From the NCBI GenBank assembly GCA_030704615.1, contig CM060734.1, positions 59,396,001 through 59,460,000 on the forward strand: a DNA stretch of 64,000 bases, in the 5' to 3' direction. Made by a program: the position numbers and the translations under genes. The notes under the pieces are model-generated. The model saw nothing but the letters and a program-made list of their open reading frames with translations, searched no databases and was not told where the DNA came from. The stretch comes from Takakia lepidozioides. Its lineage: Eukaryota > Plantae > Bryophyta. How positions within the stretch are numbered: position 1 is the first letter of the stretch; the number at the start of each line of letters is the position of its first letter. Shown piece after piece: positions 26,317 through 37,777 of this stretch.

Positions 26317-28432
26317 CAGTAATCGTTTCGCAGCTTTGAAGAAAGGGAGTGCTGAAGGACGATTCATGAAGGGCAAGGTCAAGTGCTACTGACAGAAGTA
26401 ATGAAGGCATAGAAGCGGTGCTACCTATGATTCAATCGCTGAAGGTGTAGGAGTTGCCGGGAAAGCAGCTCGAGGGAAAGGGCAGTAGTGCCGCCGTTAC
26501 TTTCATGACCACGATGACAGGGAGGATGAAGGGAACAGATCCGTTGTGTGTTTATGCTTGCTTCTTGCCAATTTATGACGGTTGAAAACCAAATCCTCTG
26601 GGAACGCAGATAGTCCAAATTCCAGAATGGTGGAGCAAGAGGGACAGTAGAGAGCTCAAATTTTAGAAAGAAAAGAATCAGCCTTCTGAACTTGACTCGT
26701 ATGTTGTTCACTAAATCAATATTTTAGAGGGGTCATCATCAAGTTTGGAATACCTTAAACATATACATCAAATGTGCATTATGCAATAATTGATCAATGC
26801 ACATGTCTAAATGCTTACAATCCATATGCCACAAGTGCATTAGGATGACGAGAGTGTATTGTCCTTGATACAATGCTCGCATTTTACATTGTTGTAGGCT
26901 CGGACTCCAGTCGGAGGAGGCCTTGTTCTCAGATGCATCTAAGCTATTTTCCCTTCTCCGCTTATGCCTCCATTTTACGCAGGCCTTGTCAGCGTTAGGT
27001 CTGACACGATCTAACATCACAGACGCAGATAACGTGGGTGAAACGAAACATGTTTATGCCATTTGTACATTAAATAATTATACCATGATGAGTCATTATT
27101 GAGATTGTTTAATTTGAGAAACACCATGATATCAATGTAGGTGGTCGGGTATGTCATGGCTTTGGGTTTGAGATAAAAAAAAAACTAAAAGAATTGGGAC
27201 CACCATCTCTTACTGTCTCAATATTAACAAAATAAAAATAAAAATAAAAATGAGACTGCTAGTTCTTGCGGTCTCTATTTTAATTTAAAAAAATTAAAAT
27301 TTTGATCAACGTCGCCCGACGGTGATGGACGCTCAACTGTCGTTGTCGCCCAGCTGTCATGTCAAGTTAAATTAAACACAGTATGAAACTAACTAGAATA
27401 AATCTAGTTATTTGTATTTCACAATTGAAAATAGTTCAAGTGTTAAGTTAGATGTCAGGTTTAGCTTGACACTTGAAACATATTATCTTCACGTTCGTCA
27501 GCCGTGCGGCTCATCTATCTTGAGTGATCTCTAAACTAAACTCATATTGTCGCATGACACCCCAAACACAAACACAATGATTCATTAAATGGTCAAGCCT
27601 GGGGCACCCTATGCTATGGAGAATCCATCCCAACCTACTCCCCCATACTGCTCATTCACATCCTTACATCATCCTCGGCACGCAAGAAGCTCTCGGTCGT
27701 GCGTCCTTGCACATTGTCGAGGTAGCATCAGCAGGGGGCAGCATTGTGAAGAAAGTGGCTTAATTAGAGCTTGTTACACAATATTGTGGCAGACTACTTT
27801 GTTGTGCATATATGTGTGGTGTGGTTTGGATAACGATGTAGTTGTATAGCGATACGTATGCGCACGAATATCGCTCTACGGTCGTCCGAAGTTGGACGGT
27901 TGTCTATCATCCGACAACTTGTTTAAAAAAAAATAGAAAACAAAAAAAATGTCATGTGTGTAGTTCACGTAGGCTGCCACCTCAACAATGATGAATTTGA
28001 TCGCGTGAAAGTAAAATAATAATAAAATTACTCAACATAATGTCGGTTTGGGACGTGACGTAAGTCATGACGTTGACGTGTTTGTGCTGCGTCACGTCAC
28101 AACTGGGCGTTTCCCAGATAATCTTGTCATCTTTTTGCTTTGGCGTTCTCTCCTAGTGTTGGAAGCATTTGGTCGCTTGTGTGTAGGTTATTATTGATTG
28201 TTCCTATCAAAATTACATCCATTGTAAGTGTGTAAGACATTATAGATATCCAAGACATTGTTCTACAATGTAAAGTAACCCAACTAATATCGGATATGAA
28301 AATGATACATGTGTTTTGTAACATGTTTTGCATATAATTATTATTGAAAGATTCCCAAAACTTGTGATATAAGTTTAACTTGCATAACATGTGATGCAAA
28401 CAACTTCAAAGGATTAAGTGATATACCACTTC

Positions 28433-29114
28433 AGGGTAATTGCAGCCTACGGTGGACCAAAAATATTGTCACAACACTGCTTTTTTTTACCTTGATTAGT
28501 TGTAAATTATCATACTCTTAAATGGCAATACTAATAGTAAAAAGTGACTAAGCTATGAAGGCTCAACTACATATATTTCCCCTAATCCAAGTCTCATAAC
28601 CAAAAAAGCAAATAGTTAGAAATTATGGACTTTTGAACAAGTCCATAAGGATTGTTATAGTCCATATAAATGAACTTTTTTTTAAAGCATGATTCATAGA
28701 AATTTAGAAAAAGGGACTTGACCAAATGTGCTTTGAGGGATAAAGAATCTAGAATGAAAACATCCACTCAAATTTTTTAAGTAAAATAAACTTTATGTAC
28801 TATTTTGAGCCTTCAAAATAACTATTTTCGTAAAGTCCTTTACATATAGAATTCTTTGAAATACACTACCTCATTAAATATATAGACCAAGGGTAGACCC
28901 CCGGGGTGGATCAAGGTCAATTTTTTTCTTAAAAACTATGGTGATTTGAAACTATCGCGATTTGAAAATAAAGTCTTTAATGGTCAATAATAGACAGTTG
29001 AGATCGTAAATTGAAGTGAATCCAATGGTTGAGGATTCGCCACATCCCCCTTTATGTACTTTTAGGGACTCATGATGTGTTTCATTTTGGTCCACCGTAG
29101 GCTGCAACTACCCT
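28433..29114. mobile_element. Non-autonomous TIR element (MULE-like MITE)
   Basis: 30-bp TIR with one mismatch, AGGGTA(A/G)TTGCAGCCTACGGTGGACCAAAA, at 28433-28462 and 29085-29114. AT-rich non-coding interior. No TSD recognised. Confidence 0.75.
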
Positions 29115-29629
29115 TGTTGCCAAGCTTTATTTGGTTTGATACCAATGCTCAAATCAATTTGTTGCTTTGTATGGACTTCATATCATTTCGCTTCTTTTGT
29201 GTAGAATGTAACAGAGCTTTAACATCGATTACTATGTGCGGGCTATGGCCATCTGATTCATTTGCATAGTTATACATATATGCTCAAATTGGAGATAACA
29301 TTTTATATTCATAACATTCCTATAGTAGAATAACAAATCTCTAGTGCATATAAAAATGAAGTTCATAAACGAAGTAGAATTATTTATGCATGTATCTATC
29401 CATTCTGCAAATGAAATAAGGATCTGATCTTCTCTCTTATGAGTTACACAACGATAAATCATATGCTATTATAAGAAATAATGAGTGATGGGCAACCACA
29501 TATATATCACTCAAATTGCATCTCATGTTCTTGCATATTGTAGCTTAGACACTTCTTCTAAGGTTGCATAAGAAGTTTTTGAAGACTAACTTTGCAAGCT
29601 CTAATTCAACGCAAATGTAAATCTACCTT

Positions 29630-32600
29630 TGATGAAGTCTTACAGTATTTACTCTTGGCACATTTTTCAGTTCTCCTGCAGTATATTCTCTCTTCACATC
29701 CTTTGTAAATTGATTAGGGCAATACTATCTATTCGACTCTCCCAAGATAAAATCCTACACACAGTAGCCCCAGGTTTCGCCGCCCACTTCAGAGTATCAA
29801 TGAGCCCTTCACAATCACGAGGTTGTTCCTTTCACACGTGTGCTCTTGTCATCCACTGATGTTCTTTGCAAGTTACTTGAGCACAAAACTATGTGCAACA
29901 TGTCATTCAATATGTATCATGTGATATGCAAGACACCTTATAATAATCTAATTTATGATACATATTACATACATCACATACTTCATACCATCCACCGTAT
30001 ATGCATATTTAGTATGATGCATATATGCATGTCATATGGAGGAATGTTACACATTCCTCCATTGGGGTCATTTCATCACATAAATTTACAATGGATACAC
30101 AAAACTTTGCAAGAGACCCGGACATTACAAATAAACACAAATAGCCATTAACACAGCATCACTCATTCCTTCACTCTACCACCTAGCTACGAGAGCTTTG
30201 TCAGTGAAAATGACCTAACCACGTTAGATAAAATTGCTTGACGTTTGTAGCTTGAAGAAAGCCGCAATTCAAATCGTCGTTGAAACCAAGATGAAGAGGC
30301 TTTGATCATGAAGTTTCGCTAGGTCCTCAAGTTTTGAAGAGAGAACGAGCGCTCAAGAGGATGATGACGCTTTTTTGATGGACAATAATTAAACTTTGAC
30401 CAGTCGAATTCAACATTCAAGCCTAGCTATTGTGATAAGTGTGGAATATATGGCCATTGGGCTACCGAAGCATTGCCTTACAACCCTTACAACCCGTAAT
30501 GCCATGGGCTTACAAAGATATTTAACAGGATTTCCGTTGAGAGAGCACAAGCAATGTCCATTTTGCATGGGGCTACTGTGGCTCTGGCTGTCCAAATGGT
30601 TTCATGTCATCTTTCAGCTTTGTTGTCTGATTTGATTCAAGCAAGTGGTTGTTCGGTTTGATTAGCTTACTGTACTTATTTTTTCATTATTCTGTTTTCA
30701 CAAATCTTCCCTTGTTTTGGGAACTTTTCTGGCAATGTTCTGCACCCGTAGCCTGAGATCATTCATCTCGTCTTGGGTTAGCTTTCTTGGTGCTTTCCCT
30801 TCCACCGGCCCTTGTGTTAACCACTTTGCAAAAGATGATTATCTACCAAGTTCTGAGTAGCAGCACAGAGATCTTGCTCCTCCTTGAGTCTGTACGCCTC
30901 CAATTGATGTTGCAAATTCTCCATGCGCTTCGCATGAGGCTCAACCAGAGCTGCATAGGCGGCTGACAGATTATTGGCTTCTTTCCAGGCCATTTCACTC
31001 ACAGAAAGTTCATTCTCCCGCACTGTAATTGTTTGCTGCAATTCATAGATGTACATGTCCTTCTGGGCATCGACATGGTGCAACTGCTGAATGGTATCCT
31101 CATTGCGACAGATAGTAACCTTCATGTCAGCAATGAGTTTTCATTGCTCCATTGTCTCTGTCTCCGCCGTTATACACCGCTCAGCTTGGTTATTGACTTC
31201 CAGTGCAACCATCTCCAGATTAGTCATTAGTGTGGCACACTGTATGATCATTTTCTGATGGACTGCTTCCAATGCTGTATGAAGCAACTTCACTTCATGC
31301 AACTTGCCCTCATGCTGAACCTGCATCTGATTAGCTGTTGCTTATGTACTTCATGCAACTTCTCCTGCTCAAGACCTGCTTCAATTAAATTTTCCTTCGC
31401 AAGCTGTAGGGCGGCTTTAGTGTTCTCCAACTCTTTCTGCAACTTGAGGTTGGTCTCCACATCCACCCTGCTTGCACACTCAGTGGCAATTCTTGCCTCA
31501 AGCTCTTGCTTGAGCTCCTCCCACAATGCTGCCAATTGAGTGGAAGGAACATGAGTCTTGACATAGGTGCCCAATAGATTGAGAGTCCTGCTTATGGAAC
31601 TCATAAGCATGGTCTGCTGTGGGTCTTCATGGAGAACTTGCTGTTGTTCTTCCTGATTCTCCACAGTTTGATGTTTCACAAACCAGTCAGACCATGATCC
31701 CACAGGATCTTCTTCCTGAGCAACCTCATCTTCCACAGGTGCCGCAATACCCTTGCCCTTTACCCCTTTAACCTCCGCCATAGGTTTGGGCATAACTTGC
31801 ACAGTAGGGATTTCCTTGGGTAGACTCTGCATCTTTGGTATTATGGGTTCTCCGACCATGCCAAAGTTTTCATAGAGAAGGTTGCCCTTCTCAATTTCTG
31901 CCACTACTTGCTCTGTAGTGGGGATGTCCAATCCCTCTCTCTCCATAGTAAGAGGCTCGGGTGTAACAGCATGTCCGGTCTGAGTTACCACTGGGGCAAC
32001 ATGATCAGTTTGTTGTGCCGGCTGTGGTACTGAGGTGACTTCTTCATCCCTCTCTAATGACGTAATAACAGCTCATTGTGCTGCTGTACCTCATCCTGCG
32101 CAGGAGCTATGGAAACATCATCTTGAGGATTCTTTGTGGCCAGTGGATCCGCCATTACAGGTGCATCCCTCTTCTGTCTCTTGGACTGGTGCTGCCTCTC
32201 TAATCCCCTTTCACCTTGTGAAGAGCCTTGCTTCTCAACTACAGTTGTGGCTGTCTCAAACACCCCCATTACTTTGCGTTCTTGCACATCAAGTAAGCAA
32301 GAATCAAAGATAATCTGTGCAATAATTGGGCCAGACATAATGATTGGGGACTTGGCAGTAGTATTCTATAATCGTTTCATCTCCTCCACCATCTCTGCCC
32401 AAGCTACATCTTCTCCTCTCAAGGCTTTCAAAACCTCCTCCGTGAAAGATCTGCTAAGATACTGTTGGTTCTGTTTCATGGCAAACAAAATGTTGAGTAC
32501 CTGACCAATTTCCCTCAATCCTGGATACTCAGCTTTGGTGCAAGTGAATCCCTGATTCCTGAAGAAACTTGCTTCTTCGAAAAGATCCCCTAATTGTAAT

Positions 32601-35160
32601 CTTACCCTGGAGCATCCACGCTCACATTAGCAGATGGTAATTCAAAAAGTTGTTGCAAGTACTGCGGAGTAACTTGTATATCTATGCCCTTCACCTGGGT
32701 AACTCCTGTCATTGGCTTGAAGTTCTTGATGAACTGGATCATCAAATCCCGATGATGCAAATACCACTCTTTGCGCAACAATCCCTCCAACCGCAACTCC
32801 TTCAGCAGCTGCACTGCCTGTGGTGTGACGATTGTTTGCCTCTGTAGAATTGTCGTGCTCTTCACTCGGAGATCCTCCATCTCTCTAATTCGCTTCATTC
32901 TGGACAAACAAGAAGGCCTTGTTTGGAATAGCTGTAGGAAAGCTTGTAATGCGTACAGCATGAAAGTGTGATTAGCACAGAATGGAACAGACAAGTGGCT
33001 GTAAGCCTCCGGGGCTTGCAAATAGTGAGTGAGAGAGAAAGTACTTCCGGCCCGTCCAACCTTGCGTCACTGCGTAAGAAGTAAAGCTAGTGTATAGTCT
33101 GTGATATCCGCCATAGCTACAAAGCTATAGCTTTGATTGCCCCTCCCGTCGAGACACTGGTTATCCGGAATAACACCTATTCTTCCACTCATAATCTTCC
33201 TCTTCATCTGAATTTTGGTCATATTATCTGCTGCATCCGCACATACTTCTTCCACATGATATAGTTCATGTTTCCTTACTTTAATTGAATCCTCCAATTC
33301 CATTCTCCTTCCTCTCCTGTTGAAAGGCGTGATAAGTGATCTGCCACAAGATGCAAACATCCAGGCTTGTAAACAACTTTGAATTCAAACTCATGCAAGA
33401 TAATCAACCATCTTGCTATCTTGTCACTTATCAAGGGTTTGTTCACCAGATAAATCAAGGCCTGATGATCCACATAGAACATAAACTTCCTTCCTAGCAA
33501 GTAATGCCTGAACTTCTTGACTGCATAGATCATTGCCAAAGCTTCTCTGTCAGTAGTGCTATAGTTCCTTTCAGCACTGTTCAACAATCTGCTAGCATAG
33601 TACACAGCTGAATCTATGTTTCCTGTGACATTTTGGGCTAACACAGCTCCCGAAGCTTCTCCCAAGGCATCACAGTGTATATGAAATACCACATGCCAGT
33701 GAGCGTTAATCAACATAGGTGTAGTTGTTACTGACATTGTAAGTGTCTCAAATGCCTGCTGGCATTCAACTGTCCATGCAAACACTGCATCCTTCTTCAA
33801 AAGCTTGCTCAATGGTGCTGCCATCTGTGCATACCGTCTGATAAACCTTCTGTAATAACTGGTTTGTCCAAGGAATCTCCTTGGAGCCTTAATATTTACT
33901 GGTGGATACTTTAATGGCCTCAGTCTTTCTAGGATCCACAAATAGTCATTTCTTACAAACAATGTGTCCCAGTAGTACCCCTGAGTTCACATAGAAAGTA
34001 CACTTTTCTAGATTCAGACCAAAACCTTTCATCCTGCATCTGGCCAAATGTAATTCCAACTTCTGCAAGTGCTCATTCTTAGAGCTGTATACACTGAAGT
34101 CATCTAAGAACACTTGCATGAATTCATCCAAATACTCATGGAAAGATTCACTTATCACTCTCTGGAAAGTTGTTGGTGCATTACAAAGTCCAAAAGGCAT
34201 GACTTTGTATGCATAAGCACCATAATCTGTGATGAAAGTAGTCTTTCCCTAGTCTTCTTCAGCTACTTGTACTTGGTTATACCCACTGAAGCCATCCATG
34301 AATGAGTACATCTCATGGCCTGCCACAGTGTCCAGTACAGCTTCTATGAATGGCAAAGGAAATGGATATTTCTTTGTACAATCATTCAACTTCTTATAGT
34401 TCACACAAACTCTCAGTTTGCCATTCTTCTTGGGAACTATCACAATGGGTGATAGCCAAGTTGTATACTCTATTGGGTATATGAACTTAGTCTCAGCCAA
34501 CTTCTTAATCTCCTCCCCAACCTTCTATGCATAGTTGGGATTCACCCTGTATCTTGCCTGTTTGATTGGTACTGACCCTGGTTCCAGTTCAATCTTATGC
34601 TGGCAGATCTCAAGTGGTATCCCTTTCAGATCTTCATAGCTCCAAGCAAATACATCTTTATATTTGATAAACAAGCTCTTAGCTTCCTCAGAGAATTCTG
34701 GCTCTAAGTTAGCCCCAACTTTCACCATTCTTGGTTCCTCCTCAGTTCCCACATTAACTTCTCTCACCTGCTCTTCAGTTGTGATTGTCCATCCAGCCAC
34801 TACTTCATCCTGTAAACTCACAGTGGCTGGTTCCTCTAAGATTTCCATTTCTCCCTCTCTTTCTTCATAAAAATGTGGTGGGTAGCTGTTTGTTTCCCCC
34901 TCAATTGGTGTTGCTGTTATTGTACCACAATATATACCCTTTAAACAACTTAGTCCTCCCAGTTGCATTTCTGCAACTTGCTCCCACTCTGGGTGTGCAG
35001 CAAATAGAGTAGAATCCTGCTCTTCATCAAGTCCTCCCCTCCAGTCACATTCTCTGACTCCTCGAGATCTTCTGGTAGCAGGTAGCCTACTAGATTTCTT
35101 AGTGGTGACCTGTATCTTTTGCTTCCCATCATGCACAATCAGTAACTGGGAATTCCAGTC
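29630..35160 (-). mobile_element. Ty3/gypsy LTR retrotransposon remnant (5'-truncated; RT, RNase H, extra 3' ORF, probable 3' LTR)
   Basis: RT: WLSPIVIVPKKNGKLRVCV, MDGFSGYNQ, MPFGLCNAP, FLDDF (34500-33946). RNase H: HCDALG, ERNYSTTDREALA, VDHQAL (33962-33276). Integrase core absent. Probable LTR ~29630-30053 (TG...CATCA on minus) after a purine-rich tract. Confidence 0.85.
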
Positions 35161-35925
35161 ATGGAATACCCACTACAATAGATCGCGGTATATCTGACTG
35201 TCGAGCCGCGGTAGTCGTGATTTTCGTGACTTTCACCATGACTTCCATGTATTTTTGGACCAAATGGGGCTTCACGTAGTCATTGAAATGACTTTGTGAC
35301 TACGTAGTCGTCCGGAGGAGTATGTTGGTAGACGTCGTCATGACAACATGGCTCCGCACGAGACGGAAGGGTGGTCAACGATGATTGACCAGCGCGAGCT
35401 TGCCACCAATAGTCGCCGGAATGAGTCTAGATGAAGGTGGATGTTTATCACAGTCATCCCAGTCACTGTAGATTAAATAGATGAATGTGAATGGATGATA
35501 TATCATATGCCATTCAGTTTGACCGTCCGTTCATTCACATGATTCACAGGTTTAAGCCAAGTGGTTGCAGCACTGTGATATCACACAGGATTGACACCAT
35601 GGCCGTTTTTTGGGATCACTTTGCATATAGAGGCATCATTGTTTGCTACATGGTCGTGCTCCAAAGGGAAGCGGCCATTAACCGCATGAATGGTCAGGTT
35701 GTGAAAGGCCGTTGTGGTATGAATATGGGGCGCCAAGGTTTAAAAAAAAAAAAAAACGTGTGGGAAAGGCAGGATCTCCAATCGTTGGAGGCATGATTGT
35801 TGAAACAAGGGCCAAAAGGTATGCAAAAAAATAAAGCAAACTGACTCTCTTGGAAGACAGAATGCACGTTCCCTCTGCAGATGTCGTTCTCACACAGTCA
35901 TTTCCTGATAACCGTTCCCTGTGAA

Positions 35926-36313
35926 TGTTATGACGGGTTGTGCCAAGCTGTGTCGGGCTGTGTCTGTGCCGAGCTGTGACTAGCTGTGTCGGGCTGTGTC
36001 GGGCTGTGACAAGCTGTGTCGGACTATGATAGACTGTGATAGGCTGTGATAGACCGTGATAGTCTGTGATAGACTGTGATAGGCTGTGACTGACTGTGAT
36101 AGGCTGTGATAGGCTGTGTAAGGCTGTGACTGACTGTGTAAGGCTGTGTGAGGCTGTGTCTGACTGTGTGAGGCTGTCTACTACCCCTAAGGCATGTGTC
36201 TGTCACCCCTAAGGTCTATATTGGTTTGAGTCTACCACCGTAGGTCTACGCAAAATTAAGGGTACCCCACAAAACCCATAAAACTGTCTAAGTCCTCAGA
36301 CAACCCTCTAACA
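35926..36313. repeat. LTR-like insertion with ~10-bp GGCTGTGA(T/C)A tandem repeats
   Basis: TGTTA...TAACA ends; decamer repeats at 35935-36180 resemble those at 60640-61500. No TSD. Confidence 0.5.
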
Positions 36314-36314
36314 T

Positions 36315-37146
36315 ACTGGAGAGCCGGGTTTTGGCTTGGCGGGGATGCTCCTGGATGACGGTGGATGTATGGTGGTCCTTGCCACAAGAGGGAAGACCAC
36401 AGAGAATGTTGTGGCAAGGTGGACACCGAAAAGTGCCAACCCGGTCCTCCTCAAAAAATGGTTATGCATCAATACGCAGGGGTTGCGAACAGAGGGCCAG
36501 AGTGTAAGTTATCAATCTATTACCTTCATTTCATATCGTGGTGTATCTAAACTAGACCTTGGAGTTGATCCCTCTTTTGTTGGATGTGCAGACATTGATG
36601 TTTGAGGCATATTGTTTTGTGAAGAGAGGGTCTACGTTCAAATTCTGCAACGACGGTCGTCTTGTTGATGCCGCTGTGGACCCTGTTACCTACAATGTCC
36701 TCTACAACTATGTGCCCCACTCCAGTATGCCGAAGGACACAAAGATAGACAAACCGTGGCGGGTACGGCCGGACCCGGAGCCCTGCTTTCATCCAAACCC
36801 TCATGGAGACGTGCTTTGATGTCCAAGGGCGGATTATTGACCTCACATGTGGCACGGGTAAGCTTTCATGTGCACAGTATGTCCCTTGGCCCGATTGCAA
36901 TTGCATGCCGCATGCTACTAACCGCCCGCTTTGTCCCTCAGGTGCTTCAATGTGGGCTGGGACGTTGTCCGACAGGCATGTCTTCGCCTTCGAGCCAGAT
37001 ACTGCCCTCCACAACTCAGAACTAGCAGTGGCTAACGTCTGCCGAAAGAGGAAGAGACATCCTCGGAGGATGAGGAAGAATCCGAGAAGGAGCAGGGGGA
37101 GGTACAAGTTGGGATCGAGGCCGAGGAGCCCCCGGTTTACGAGTGA
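36315..37146 (+). pseudogene. DNA amino-methyltransferase (N4-cytosine/N6-adenine, beta-class-like) gene remnant with two spliceosomal introns
   Basis: Introns 36504-36591 (GTAAGT...TGCAG) and 36858-36941 (GTAAGC...TACTAAC...CTCAG). The spliced product reads FGLAGMLLDDGGCMVVL...KKWLCIN...TLMFEAYCFVKRG...KPWR/RSPAFIQTLMETCFDVQGRIIDLTCGTGASMWAGTLSDRHVFAFEPD, then an acidic tail. Frameshifts near 36765 and probably near 37040; the N-terminus is missing. Confidence 0.65.
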
Positions 37147-37777
37147 GTGGTCGCATTGTAAGTTGCCTCCTGATTTCGTGAGGCACCTCCCATCGCTCTC
37201 TTATTTGGCTTGATGGTCGGTTGAATCCTCTGTGGGTGAAAGAAAAGCTAGCTGCTTTCATAACACAAGGTCAATGACAATGTGGTGAAGGTACCTTCTT
37301 CAACATATGTCAGCCTGTTTTGCGGCCCGCTTATCAGTGTCCTCCCTAGGTTTCCGTGTTGAATTAGTTAGCTCGCTAGGTGGACCTATGGTGGTTTGTA
37401 GTGATTTGACATGTTACTGGCAATGTGGCAACATGAAAGTATCAAAAAACAGATAAAAGAGTCAAGGAGAAGCTTTGGAATAAACATTTCTCGGAACCCA
37501 GTCAAGGGTGAGACAATCGAGGCAGAAAGATGAATACCTGTTAGATTACAAAGAGAAGCAAACAACAACATGGAATGCAAAGCTTTGTTGGAAATTGTCA
37601 TTCTCTCTCTCCCAGCACATTTTTGAAGTCTTTGAAGCAATTCAACATAGGAACTAGTGCGTGATGAGGAGGGTTGCTTGCTAAAACGAATCTAGGCTGT
37701 CATTATCAGCTGCTAGCAGCAATGCGAGGATATATTCATCGTTTGTGTAGAGGCAGTGATAGCTGAAGGAGCAGGGA

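Larger units (their letters stand above)
35171..37403. mobile_element. Putative non-autonomous CACTA (EnSpm)-type element
   Basis: CACTACAA at 35171-35178 and TTGTAGTG at 37396-37403, with GTAGTC/GACTAC-type subterminal repeats at 35200-35420. The left end coincides with the truncation point of the gypsy pol. The 3-bp flanks (ACC vs ATT) do not match. Confidence 0.5.

Noticed and set aside
35860-35925. VPSADVVLTQSFP as the missing MTase motif IV
   Set aside because: It lacks (D/S/N)PP(Y/F), ends in a stop, and no TSD links it across the insertion.
35926-37265. Possible 1.3-kb solo LTR (TGTTATGA...TCATAACA)
   Set aside because: No TSD, and the interior contains a spliced MTase remnant. A shorter insertion ending at 36313 explains the gene truncation better, though the longer boundary is not fully excluded.
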